From NCBI GenBank assembly GCA_001000675.1, contig LCHW01000001.1, positions 218,294-282,293 of the forward strand: a stretch of 64,000 nucleotides of DNA, in the 5' to 3' direction. A program made the position numbers and the translations under genes. Below are positions 1 to 8,985 of the stretch, one piece after another; the stretch's first letter is position 1; every line of letters begins with the position of its first letter. The DNA is from Candidatus Wolfebacteria bacterium GW2011_GWE2_44_13. Lineage in GTDB: Bacteria; Patescibacteriota; Minisyncoccia; UBA6257; UBA9933. The notes under the pieces were generated by a model that was not told the DNA's origin, did no database searches, and was given only the letters and a program-made list of their open reading frames with translations.

Positions 1-272
1 CTTCGGTGCTCGATAACGTGCCGCTTGTCGCTGCCGCGATTAAGATGTTCTCTGACGACATCATCCCTGCGATTTGGGTATTGCTCGCACTTACCGCGGG
101 CACAGGAGGTTCTATGCTCGTCGTGGGCTCTGCCGCGGGTGTTGCCGCAATGGGACAGGTCAAAGACCTTACATTCGGCTATTACTTCAAGGTAGCGACT
201 CTGCCAGCAGTACTCGGATTTATCGGGGGTGTTCTTACTTGGACTGTGATATACTATCTCATTATTGCATAG
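1..272 (+). CDS. C-terminal fragment of a polytopic membrane transporter (ion-transporter superfamily, ArsB/NhaD-like?); 5' end lies outside the window
   Basis: ORF is open to the window start. The fragment is strongly hydrophobic and Gly/Ala-rich, as in transporter C-termini. Stop at 270-272. Confidence 0.35.
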   Translation, partial: SVLDNVPLVAAAIKMFSDDIIPAIWVLLALTAGTGGSMLVVGSAAGVAAMGQVKDLTFGYYFKVATLPAVLGFIGGVLTWTVIYYLIIA

Positions 273-285
273 CATTGTTTTACTT

Positions 286-735
286 ATGACTCAAAAAATA
301 CAATTCAAAATCGTTACGCCAGAAGCTACGGTGTATGAAAACGAAATAGACCAAGCGACGTTGCCGTGTATTAGCGGACAGGTGACGATTTTGCCAGGGC
401 ATCGTTCTTATATCGCTGCATTGCAAGCGGGGGAATTAATGCTCAAAAAAAATGGCGAAGAAATTCACCTTGCAGTTTCTGGTGGATTTGTTGAATTTGT
501 AAATAATACGTTGGTAGTGCTTGCTGATACGGCAGAACGTGCCGAAGCGATTGATATCAAGCGCGCAGAAGAAGCTCGACAACGCGCAGAAGATTTGAAG
601 AAAGAAAAGGTTTCTGTAAGTGAAATGGAATATGCTAAGGTTGCTGCGGCAATCGAACGAGAGGCAGTGCGTATCCGTGTTGCAAAAAAGCATCACACGC
701 GCCGTGGATTGCATATCGAAAACGACGAACAATAA
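286..735 (+). CDS. atpC: F0F1 ATP synthase epsilon subunit
   Basis: Matches the epsilon beta-sandwich (KIVTPE...VYE...LPGH) plus the C-terminal helical hairpin. ATG at 286; the ORF-track start at 265 is a TTG. Confidence 0.8.
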   Translation: MTQKIQFKIVTPEATVYENEIDQATLPCISGQVTILPGHRSYIAALQAGELMLKKNGEEIHLAVSGGFVEFVNNTLVVLADTAERAEAIDIKRAEEARQRAEDLKKEKVSVSEMEYAKVAAAIEREAVRIRVAKKHHTRRGLHIENDEQ

Positions 736-740
736 TAAAA

Positions 741-770
741 ACCGTGCGCCTTGGGCGCACGGTTTTTTGC
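741..770 (+). terminator. Rho-independent terminator after atpC
   Basis: Stem ACCGTGCGCC/GGCGCACGGT followed by a T6 tract. Confidence 0.6.
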
Positions 771-776
771 CGTATT

Positions 777-802
777 GTCATTCCCGCGCAGGCGGGAATC
801 CA
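777..802. repeat. Small palindromic repeat unit (ATTCCCGCG-N4-CGCGGGAAT family), copy 1
   Basis: gtcattcccgcgcaggcgggaatcca. The same unit recurs at 1893, 23222, 23261, 53105 and 53194. Confidence 0.6.
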
Positions 803-857
803 TGAACCCTATTTCTGACGGTTTTTATTTTATATTAGTGGCAGTATACTAAAAGAT

Positions 858-1550
858 ATGAAGCGGCTATTATATTGGGCAAAAGATTATGTGCATATGG
901 CACGGCATGGGTTGGCTATGTATTTTTATTCCAAACCTCCGCAACAGTATATGGATTATGTGGTTGCGGGAAAATGCCCGATTATTATCCTCCCGGGTAT
1001 TTTGAGCCGATGGGCTTTTATGAAACCGCTTGCCGATATGCTTTCGCACGAAGGCCATTCAGTATATGTTGTACCAGCGCTAGGAAATAACTTATTGCAT
1101 ATAGAAGAATCTGCTCGTATTGTGCGCGCACTTATTAACGAGCATGATATTCGTGGCGCAGTTATTGTGGCACATAGTAAAGGAGGGCTTATCGGAAAGC
1201 AATACATGGAATTTTATAACGAAGATGAACGCGTTGTGGGAATGGTGAGCCTTGCCACGCCTTATACAGGTTCTGCTATGGCTCGTATCGTACCACATAA
1301 GGCGTTTACCGAGTTAGATCCGAAGAGTAAAGCCGTTGCGCAATTACGCTCACACACAAAAGCAAATGGGCGAATTATTTCTTTAATTCCTGAATTTGAT
1401 AATCATGTATGGGCAGAAAAAGGGAGTTGGCTTGAGGGAGCGTTTGATAATATTGTTCTTCCCGTACAAGGGCATCATGCAATCGTGTTTAGTCGTTATG
1501 CGGAAGCAGTTGTGCGGCAATCCATTGATCGGCTGTCTTCGGCGATATAG
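858..1550 (+). CDS. alpha/beta-hydrolase fold protein (lipase/esterase-like)
   Basis: Nucleophile-elbow-like AHSKGG motif. Length and layout fit the alpha/beta hydrolase fold. Confidence 0.55.
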   Translation: MKRLLYWAKDYVHMARHGLAMYFYSKPPQQYMDYVVAGKCPIIILPGILSRWAFMKPLADMLSHEGHSVYVVPALGNNLLHIEESARIVRALINEHDIRGAVIVAHSKGGLIGKQYMEFYNEDERVVGMVSLATPYTGSAMARIVPHKAFTELDPKSKAVAQLRSHTKANGRIISLIPEFDNHVWAEKGSWLEGAFDNIVLPVQGHHAIVFSRYAEAVVRQSIDRLSSAI

Positions 1551-1584
1551 ACGATGATTATTTTTTCTAAGAGGAGTATACTTA

Positions 1585-1878
1585 TTGGAGTATTCATCTA
1601 ACCGAATTTATTGTATATTCATGCTATTAGAATTTTATGGGACCGAATGCCCCCATTGCATACACATGAAGCCGCTCATCGAGCGACTGAAGGCCGAGGA
1701 ACATCTCGATGTTCAATCGCTGGAAATGTGGCATAACCCCGAGAATGCAGCGAAGATGAAAGAATACGATAAAGGGTTGTGCGGAGGTGTTCCGTTTTTC
1801 TTCAATACGGAAACAGGAAAGCATATTTGCGGAGGAACTGATTATGATACGTTGAAGCAATGGGCGATAGGGAAGTAA
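1585..1878 (+). CDS. thioredoxin/glutaredoxin-fold protein with CPHC active site
   Basis: YGTECPHC redox motif and a small thioredoxin-like size. The true start may be the Met at about 1621. Confidence 0.55.
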   Translation: MEYSSNRIYCIFMLLEFYGTECPHCIHMKPLIERLKAEEHLDVQSLEMWHNPENAAKMKEYDKGLCGGVPFFFNTETGKHICGGTDYDTLKQWAIGK

Positions 1879-1892
1879 TAGCCCCTATGTTT

Positions 1893-1918
1893 GTCATTCC
1901 CGCGGAGGCGGGAATCCA
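1893..1918. repeat. Small palindromic repeat unit, copy 2
   Basis: gtcattcccgcggaggcgggaatcca. Confidence 0.6.
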
Positions 1919-1996
1919 GAGCCCTTTTAACCTTAGCGATAAATCCATTCCCGTGGTATAATAAATCATATACACAGCATATAAATAATCATACTT

Positions 1997-2389
1997 ATGG
2001 AAACGAAAAAAGTTGTTCTTGTTGTCGATGATGTGCCGGAAATAATCGAAGTTATTGCTACGGTACTTGAGCGCGATCACATCGAAGCGCTTATTGCTAA
2101 TAGCGGACAAGAAGCGATTGCGATGGCTAAAGAGCACAAGCCAGACCTTATCTTGCTCGATTTTAAGATGCCAGATATGGATGGTGCAGAAACCTACGCA
2201 AAGCTCAAAGAGGATGATACAACAAAAGATATTAAAGTTGTATTCCTAACCGCCTTCGGCAATATTAAAAAGTTGGAGCTCGACCCAAAACTTATTGCGC
2301 TAATCGAACAGACCCCAATTATTCAAAAGGGGGGAGATATCGGTGAATTGCGTACGGAAATCAGAAAGCATCTCGGAATAACCGAATAA
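1997..2389 (+). CDS. stand-alone response regulator receiver (CheY-like) domain protein
   Basis: Acidic pocket DD, the phospho-acceptor motif LILLDFKMPDMDG and a conserved K. There is no output domain. Confidence 0.75.
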   Translation: METKKVVLVVDDVPEIIEVIATVLERDHIEALIANSGQEAIAMAKEHKPDLILLDFKMPDMDGAETYAKLKEDDTTKDIKVVFLTAFGNIKKLELDPKLIALIEQTPIIQKGGDIGELRTEIRKHLGITE

Positions 2390-2391
2390 AT

Positions 2392-2420
2392 AAAAAACAA
2401 CCCTCATGGGTTGTTTTTTT
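2392..2420. terminator. Bidirectional intrinsic terminator between convergent genes
   Basis: CAACCC-tcat-GGGTTG hairpin with A-run and T-run flanks. It overlaps the stop of the minus-strand gene. Confidence 0.55.
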
Positions 2421-3162
2421 GCTCCTCTTGCGTGTGTTGTTCCTCCGCTTCTTCTTTTCGTATAATTTTTTCCTCTTCCGCCTGGAGTGTTCCAAAGCCG
2501 AACATGAGAAATATTACAATACTCGCAAGGATGATGCCGAGTAGATTAATGAAAAACAGTGCAAACGATTCCGATATAATAACTGACGAAAGATTTCTAA
2601 TCCCAATCGCAGTGGCCGCAAGCGGCGGTAAGAGTGAAACGGTAATGGCTATACCTGGAATCGCGGGAGATAGATTCGGGCGCACCCATGCATACGCTGC
2701 TCCCGCTCCTGCAGCGAAGGCAATGAGAAATAGGTTTAGGTTCGGGTGAAACGAATTAATCAGTTCGTTGTCTTCGCTTGCAAATAAGAATGCGACGATA
2801 AGTGCAATGAAAATAACAAAGCCCAATGCTTTTAAGAGATGGGTAATAATCCACTTGAGACTTTTACCGCTTGCGGTGGTGATCGCAAGGCCAATTCCCA
2901 AGAGTGGAGAGAGGAGTGGGGCTAGAATCATTCCGCCAATTAAGATAACGATGCTGCCCTCGAGTAATCCAAGCGTTACAATTAGGGTTGATATCGAGAG
3001 CATGAAATAGAAGTCGATATCCGTCCTGCTTCCAGCGATTAGCTTCTCTATTGCTTGGCGAAGTTCAGTGTGTCCAGTTTTTAAAATAGGGTTAAACATA
3101 CTCGTAGTATAGCGTTTTTTAAGCTTCTCGAAAACCCTACTTTTAGCGTAAAAAGGTTGCAA
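2404..3162 (-). CDS. DUF389-like integral membrane protein
   Basis: Multi-TM protein with a Gly/Ala/Pro-rich hydrophobic core typical of DUF389/TIGR00341 proteins, and a charged C-terminal tail. Confidence 0.45.
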   Translation of the reverse strand: MQPFYAKSRVFEKLKKRYTTSMFNPILKTGHTELRQAIEKLIAGSRTDIDFYFMLSISTLIVTLGLLEGSIVILIGGMILAPLLSPLLGIGLAITTASGKSLKWIITHLLKALGFVIFIALIVAFLFASEDNELINSFHPNLNLFLIAFAAGAGAAYAWVRPNLSPAIPGIAITVSLLPPLAATAIGIRNLSSVIISESFALFFINLLGIILASIVIFLMFGFGTLQAEEEKIIRKEEAEEQHTQEEQKNNP

Positions 3163-3196
3163 AAATGATTAATTTCAGGCAATATTAAGAGCGTAT

Positions 3197-3270
3197 TGCC
3201 AGATCGTCTAATGGTAGGACAGCGGACTCTGAATCCGTCAATCTTGGTTCGAATCCAGGTCTGGCAGCCA
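3197..3270 (+). tRNA. tRNA-Gln (anticodon CTG)
   Basis: Manual cloverleaf fold: U1:A72 acceptor TGCCAGA/TCTGGCA, U8, D-stem GTCT/GGAC, anticodon stem GCGGA/TCCGT with loop CTCTGAA, T-arm CTTGG-TTCGAAT-CCAGG, discriminator G and an encoded CCA. Confidence 0.8.
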
Positions 3271-3379
3271 ATTTGAGCGCGGTTATCGCGCCCGATTTCA
3301 TTATGGGCCTTGAGCGCCCTAGATGCAATCTAACTTCATTCTTAATCAATTCGTTTTAGCACAAAATATACAATAAAAT

Positions 3380-4663
3380 ATGAACCTAGTATTTCCAACA
3401 GAAGGCGAGGTAATTGATTTCTTTACTGTCCATACTGGGTATCTTGATGTTCATCGCATTTCTGAATTACTAGTAACTCATCAGCATGCCAACCTCCAAG
3501 AAAGTGAATGGAAACATATATATAAAGTCTTACACAAGCTTAAATCGGAAGGTTATTTATTAGTACAGAATGAGGGCGGAGATATATATAGTGAAAAATT
3601 TTCATCTACTCCAGACAGGATAGAAAAATTTAACGAGAGGAAGGCGAAGGATAAGGAATTCTATACAAATAAAAATAAAAATAGGGCGGGTACGGTTAAT
3701 TTCGATTATTCTAATAACAACGGCATATATTTTATTGGAGATGCTGATTACTTATTTGGCATTAAATTCTCATCTGCTTCTCAGGACTCTATCCATGTAT
3801 ATAATGATCATACCACTATTGATTACATTGCCTTAATAAAAAATGTTACCAATTTTGATCAAATAAATTTTAATATAAAATACGATGGAACTTCTCGATC
3901 ACGGAGTCCTGAAGTTGGACAGATAGTTTTATTTAAAAATAAAAATGGTAGATACGCTCTGATTAAAATTGAAGATATTAAAGTTGAAAACCGTGGAGAT
4001 AAAAATGACGAGGTCACTTTTTCATTTAAAATTCTCGATGATAAATATCCTGACCTAATCGTGGGCGAAGAAAGGTTCTCGGGAAATTTTTCTCTAAGTA
4101 AAAAAAGCAAGACTGACCTTGACGATAGCGTTGTAAGTGGGGATAAAATTATCGCTATGGGGATAGCTCAAGATCCAGCAAGAGAATCTTGGTACAAAAT
4201 ATCGTGGCCTATTTTTAGAAAGTTGCCAAAAAAAATTTTAGTAAGCATAATTTTCGTATCTATTTCCATAATTTTATTATTTGTTTTTGATTTTAATTTG
4301 GATAGTGTACAAATTGGTCCGTTAGGTTTTGCGCCTCCCAAGGAACAGATCGAAGAGATTCCTAAAAATATACAGGGAGAGGCTAAATTAATCGCAGATT
4401 CAATAGTGATTACAGGGTGGGAAGATCCCGGCGATTACATTGGCTATCTTAGTCAAATATCTTCTTTCTATCAGCGACATCAAGACATATATCCCGCAGA
4501 AGCTGCTACTTACAAGAGGCAATTAGTTGAATGGCAGGATAAATTGCAAAGAATAAATAATTCAGGAAGTACGATTTACAATTCTGATTTTAGGGTTTTG
4601 GAAGGATTAGTTAACTCAGCTCAAAGCCAATTAAGAAAAATTTCTACAATTATTAATCCTTAA
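3380..4663 (+). CDS. hypothetical protein with a central TM segment, in an AT-rich island
   Basis: Long ORF whose GC is lower than its surroundings. It contains one hydrophobic helix. No family was recognised. Confidence 0.5.
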   Translation: MNLVFPTEGEVIDFFTVHTGYLDVHRISELLVTHQHANLQESEWKHIYKVLHKLKSEGYLLVQNEGGDIYSEKFSSTPDRIEKFNERKAKDKEFYTNKNKNRAGTVNFDYSNNNGIYFIGDADYLFGIKFSSASQDSIHVYNDHTTIDYIALIKNVTNFDQINFNIKYDGTSRSRSPEVGQIVLFKNKNGRYALIKIEDIKVENRGDKNDEVTFSFKILDDKYPDLIVGEERFSGNFSLSKKSKTDLDDSVVSGDKIIAMGIAQDPARESWYKISWPIFRKLPKKILVSIIFVSISIILLFVFDFNLDSVQIGPLGFAPPKEQIEEIPKNIQGEAKLIADSIVITGWEDPGDYIGYLSQISSFYQRHQDIYPAEAATYKRQLVEWQDKLQRINNSGSTIYNSDFRVLEGLVNSAQSQLRKISTIINP

Positions 4664-4751
4664 GAACATGGGTTGCCTTACGAATTTTACGAGGGCTGCG
4701 TGACAAATTTGCTTCGCAAATCTGTTTTATGTTGCGTATACTTATAAAAAA

Positions 4752-5129
4752 ATGAGATATTGTTCTGAATGTAAAAAAGAAAAGAAAGGCTTTTGGTGTG
4801 ATTTTTGTAAAAATAATACTGGTAATAATTTTGTATTAAAGATTGAGCCTAGTATTGTAAAGATACGCCTTCATCTGATAAGGATGACGCATAAGCGGCT
4901 GGGAGTTAAAAAGTTTTTATTCAGAGTCTTTGTTGGTTGGCAAGAAACGAAAGGGCTCGATTCGGTTAAATATCCAGAGGGGGTGTATATACATAGAACG
5001 GTAGATCGAGAGCATGATAAATACAAAGAAATTATTATAAGCGCTGAGACTGGTGAGATAACCAGAAATGTGAGCGAGCTACTTAGCCAACATATACCGA
5101 ATAAGCAAAAGCGGAATAGTGATAACTAA
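4752..5129 (+). CDS. hypothetical zinc-ribbon protein
   Basis: N-terminal CxxC-x10-CxxC motif. The region is AT-rich. Confidence 0.4.
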   Translation: MRYCSECKKEKKGFWCDFCKNNTGNNFVLKIEPSIVKIRLHLIRMTHKRLGVKKFLFRVFVGWQETKGLDSVKYPEGVYIHRTVDREHDKYKEIIISAETGEITRNVSELLSQHIPNKQKRNSDN

Positions 5130-5572
5130 TAAACTTTTCGCATTATTTTTAAAGCGCCCGAGGTACATCGACACGATATACTAAAATAGGTAGGAAAAGC
5201 CTTGCGGGGCCTAGCCGGTGGTGACTCTAACTCGACTTGGCCAGCACTTCGGCAAGCTCAGTACAAGCCATAAACATAAAGCCACTCCTTTGAGAGTGGT
5301 TTTGTGTTTATGGGAATAAAGGCATCCTTTTTATTTTAATAAAGTTGTCACATAGCTTCTTGGGTAGTACTATATGAGTAATAAGGGAAATTAATAGTAC
5401 CTGACCCCATTAATTTCGCTCGAGGTGCGTATTAAATAATATTAAAAAGATGCCTACTATTCTTCTAATATTTCTTTAGACAATATTCATCATTTATTGG
5501 ATTGGGCTTGCTCGAGGGAACAAGCGCACTCAATATCATAAGAAGGTCGCCATAGGAGGAGCCATTCCGCGG

Positions 5573-6007
5573 TTGGTTCTCATCGCACTAATCGTTCTGC
5601 TTTGGGTTATTCCCTTATTTTCAGGCTCAGTTTTCTTCTCGAATGAAATAAATACGGTCGTCGGTCTATTCCTTTGTATATGCGGATTGGGCTTTGCCGT
5701 GTGGGCTCGACGTACGCTCGGGACTAATTGGAGTGCGAACCCGGTCGAAGTCAAAGCGAAACATGTGTTTATAACTACTGGCCCGTACCGAATAGTCAGA
5801 CATCCAATTTATACGGGTGTCATTTTTGCACTTGCGGGTACTTTCCTAGTAGATAATAGATGGCGCACGCTTCTGTTGTTTATTATAGTATCTATTGGTA
5901 TGGTGCTGCGTTCCAGATTGGAAGATGAGCTTATGGCGCGACAGTTTCCTCAAGAATATCCTGGATATAAAAAGAGGGTACCAGCTTTGATTCCGGGAGT
6001 ATTTTAA
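5573..6007 (+). CDS. isoprenylcysteine carboxyl methyltransferase (ICMT)/phospholipid methyltransferase family membrane protein
   Basis: ITTGPYRIVRHPIYTG motif with hydrophobic helices. Starts at a TTG, with an AGGAGG site 14 nt upstream. No in-frame ATG exists upstream. Confidence 0.65.
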   Translation: MVLIALIVLLWVIPLFSGSVFFSNEINTVVGLFLCICGLGFAVWARRTLGTNWSANPVEVKAKHVFITTGPYRIVRHPIYTGVIFALAGTFLVDNRWRTLLLFIIVSIGMVLRSRLEDELMARQFPQEYPGYKKRVPALIPGVF

Positions 6008-6090
6008 ATTATGCATAAAAGGGGTCAGCCACCATTAATTGTGATTATTTGTGCTATACTATTCATCAATAAATAATAATAATCATCACT

Positions 6091-6324
6091 ATGGATACCG
6101 AAGAAGACGATATAATAATAAAAGATGCATATGGAACTGTTCTTGCGAACGGTGATGCGGTTATTTTGGTCAAAGACCTAAAGGTGAAGGGTTCGACTGT
6201 GACGCTGAAAAAAGGTACGAAGATCAAGAACATTCGGCTTACTGATGACGAAGCAGAGATCGAATGCAATTCTGATGCAGTAAAGGGGCTTGTGCTGCGG
6301 ACCGAATTTGTGAAGAAAGCATAA
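6091..6324 (+). CDS. PhnA C-terminal domain protein (YjdC/PhnA-like), lacking the N-terminal zinc ribbon
   Basis: Near-colinear match to the PhnA C-terminal domain (GD.V.L.KDLKVKGS...KNIRL...IEC...EFVKK). Confidence 0.75.
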   Translation: MDTEEDDIIIKDAYGTVLANGDAVILVKDLKVKGSTVTLKKGTKIKNIRLTDDEAEIECNSDAVKGLVLRTEFVKKA

Positions 6325-6486
6325 ACTTTTGAAATTAATGGGGTCAGCTACCATTAATAATTATGTAATAAGAACAGAAAAATCGCCACATGGCGATTTT
6401 TCTGTAAGAGGCATTGAAAGAAGACTGACTGTGCACACGTACTAGTATATAGAAGCCGTAAACCTATTCACGAACCATTTTCTTAT

Positions 6487-8265
6487 ATGCACTCTATTAA
6501 AGAATATTTTCTCGCCCATAAAATCATCTCAATCGTTACCCTTATCGTTGTAGTATTTGCGGGGTATTGGGGGTATGGCAAGCTTACTGACACAAGTGCA
6601 GAACCACGTTATGTAACGGCAGCGGTGGAAAAGGGGACTTTGATTACTTCGATTACTGGAACCGGCCAAGTTTCCGCATCTAACCAGGTGGAATTAAAAG
6701 CAAAAGCGTCTGGCGATATCACTACTATTGCGGTTGTTAATGGACAAGAGGTTAAGGTGGGAGCACTTATTGTGCAGCTTGATGCGCGCGATGCGCAAAA
6801 GGCCGTACGCGATGCAGAAGTCAATTTGCAAAGTGCAAAATTATCGCTCGAAAAGCTCCGACAGCCTGCGGATACGCTTTCTGTGATTCAGTCGGAAAAT
6901 GCGTTGGCACAGGCACAACAAACAAAGCAAAACGCAGAAGATGACATCAAGAAAGCATACGATGATGGCTTCAATGCGATAGCAAATACATTTCTTGATA
7001 TCCCAACGATTATGACTGGGCTAGATGATGTATTTTTTTATGCAACAATCGATAAGGGAATGCCAAATATTAGTTGGTATATCAACCAGACATCAATCCA
7101 GGTTGCAGGGGAGCGCGAAAAGGCGATGCAAAACCAAGATGATTTTTATGCGGGATATAATGCATCGAGAGCGGCGTACACAAAAAACTTTGATGCCTAT
7201 AAGGCAGCTTCGAGAACGTCGAGTACGCAAACAATAGAGGCACTCATAGACGAAACGTATATGACCACGCGAACGATTGCCGATACGGTAAAGGCGGGCA
7301 ACAACCTTATCGACTTTGTAAAAGATTCTTTGACAAGAAACAATGTGAACGCAACCATTCCGGCAACAGTGGATGCGCATAAGGCAACATTAAATACATA
7401 CACAGGAACAACAAACGCGCACTTACTCAGCCTGCTTGCATTAAAGAGCACACTCAAGAGCAGTAGGGATGCAATTATAAATGCAGATCGAACGATAGCA
7501 GAAAAGACTGAATATATCGCAGACCTTAAGTCGGGCACTGACCCGCTCGATTTACAGGCACAGGAGTTGACTGTCCGACAGCGGGAAAATGCTCTACTTG
7601 ATGCGCGCGAGAAATTGGCCGATTATTATCTCCGAGCGCCTTTTTCTGGAACTATCGCAACATTGTCGATAAAATCATCCGACTCGATATCCTCTGGGTC
7701 TTCTATTGCAACGCTCATTACAAAACAAAAGCTTGCCGAAATATCACTTAACGAAGTTGACGTCGCAAAAGTGAAGGTGGGTCAAAAGGCAACCTTGGCA
7801 TTTGATGCGGTAGAAGGGTTGAGTATTAGCGGAGCGGTTGCCGAAATAGATACAGTAGGTGCCGTTTCTCAGGGTGTTGTGACGTATGTGGTAAAGATTG
7901 GATTTGATACGCAAGATGAGCGAGTAAAACCAGGAATGAGCGTTAGCGCTGCAATTATCACGGAAATGAAATCGGATGTTCTTACGGTCCCTAACAGTGC
8001 AGTAAAGACGCAAGACGATATCAGCTATGTTGAAATGTTTGAAGCGCCGCTTGAAAACGCGACGGGAACACAAGGTGCGATATCCTTGGTCGCTCCACAG
8101 CGAAAAACGGTAACAATAGGAATATCAAACGACACCATGACCGAAATCGTTTCTGGGCTACAAGAAGGAGATCAGATTATTACGCGGACGATAACGTCTT
8201 CTAACACGACTACGCAAACTGCCCCGAGTATATTCTCGACCGGAGGTGCGCGAATGGGTCGATAA
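6487..8265 (+). CDS. efflux transporter periplasmic adaptor (HlyD/MacA-like membrane fusion protein)
   Basis: N-terminal TM, a lipoyl/beta-barrel signature (ITGTGQV...ELKAK.SG.I) and long coiled coils. It sits immediately upstream of the ABC ATPase and permease. Confidence 0.75.
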   Translation: MHSIKEYFLAHKIISIVTLIVVVFAGYWGYGKLTDTSAEPRYVTAAVEKGTLITSITGTGQVSASNQVELKAKASGDITTIAVVNGQEVKVGALIVQLDARDAQKAVRDAEVNLQSAKLSLEKLRQPADTLSVIQSENALAQAQQTKQNAEDDIKKAYDDGFNAIANTFLDIPTIMTGLDDVFFYATIDKGMPNISWYINQTSIQVAGEREKAMQNQDDFYAGYNASRAAYTKNFDAYKAASRTSSTQTIEALIDETYMTTRTIADTVKAGNNLIDFVKDSLTRNNVNATIPATVDAHKATLNTYTGTTNAHLLSLLALKSTLKSSRDAIINADRTIAEKTEYIADLKSGTDPLDLQAQELTVRQRENALLDAREKLADYYLRAPFSGTIATLSIKSSDSISSGSSIATLITKQKLAEISLNEVDVAKVKVGQKATLAFDAVEGLSISGAVAEIDTVGAVSQGVVTYVVKIGFDTQDERVKPGMSVSAAIITEMKSDVLTVPNSAVKTQDDISYVEMFEAPLENATGTQGAISLVAPQRKTVTIGISNDTMTEIVSGLQEGDQIITRTITSSNTTTQTAPSIFSTGGARMGR

Positions 8266-8268
8266 TAT

Positions 8269-8985
8269 ATGATCAAAATAGAAAACGTTACAAAAACATA
8301 TACAACGGGCGCGACTCCTTTTCAGGCGCTAAAAGGAGTAAGCTTTGAAATTAACGACGGAGAATTTGTCGCAATCATGGGCCCTTCGGGTTCTGGTAAA
8401 TCAACGTTAATGCATATCCTTGGTGCATTGGATACGCCGACTACGGGAAAATATATTCTTGATAGCAAGGACGTATCGCAATTGTCTGACGACGAGCTTG
8501 CGGACATTCGGAAAGACCGAATCGGATTTGTATTTCAATCGTTCAATTTGCTCCCTCGTGCGAGTGTATTGAGAAATGTAATGCTTCCGCTTATGTACGC
8601 AGGCATCGACCGCAAGGAGCGGGAACAACGAGCCCGCGTAGCGCTTAAGGCAGCGGGGTTGACCGAAGAACATTATGACCATCTTTCCAATCAGCTCTCG
8701 GGTGGACAAATCCAGCGTGTCGCCATTGCCCGCGCGTTGGTAAATAACCCATCACTCATTCTTGCGGACGAACCAACTGGAAACCTTGATTCGAAAACGG
8801 GAGAGATTGTAATCGACACATTTCAAAGATTAAATATTGAACACGGGCACACGATTATACTCATTACGCACGAACGAGAACTTGCTGAACACGCAGAACG
8901 TATCTTGTTTCTCAAAGACGGACAACTGGTCGAAGATACAAAAACGCACAAACGAAGAATTATTCACACCCATGACAACAGCTGA
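8269..8985 (+). CDS. ABC transporter ATP-binding protein (MacB/LolD family)
   Basis: Walker [10 protein letters not shown], signature LSGGQ, Walker B ILADEPT and an H-loop. Confidence 0.85.
   Translation: MIKIENVTKTYTTGATPFQALKGVSFEINDGEFVAIMGPSGSGKSTLMHILGALDTPTTGKYILDSKDVSQLSDDELADIRKDRIGFVFQSFNLLPRASVLRNVMLPLMYAGIDRKEREQRARVALKAAGLTEEHYDHLSNQLSGGQIQRVAIARALVNNPSLILADEPTGNLDSKTGEIVIDTFQRLNIEHGHTIILITHERELAEHAERILFLKDGQLVEDTKTHKRRIIHTHDNS

Noticed and set aside
436-732. Antisense ORFs inside atpC and many similar opposite-strand or overlapping ORFs in the six-frame track (e.g. 870-1058, 7093-7538, 27703-28224, 34346-34879, 43468-44055, 53537-53740, 54032-54271)
   Set aside because: They lie wholly within well-supported genes on the other strand or in repeat-dense non-coding DNA. 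They have no recognisable motifs and a low-complexity composition, so they are treated as spurious.
5150-5320. SRP RNA / 6S RNA / RNase P RNA in the long non-coding stretch after the AT-rich island
   Set aside because: No conserved SRP domain IV motif, RNase P P4 sequence or 6S-like long bulged helix could be seen by eye. Only a generic long hairpin (5270-5315) is present, and it is reported instead as part of the island finding.
8837-8971. Longer N-terminal extension of the MacB-type permease overlapping the ATPase gene by 149 bp
   Set aside because: The extension has no TM or conserved residues. An ATG at 8972 with a short 14-bp overlap gives the canonical permease N-terminus.
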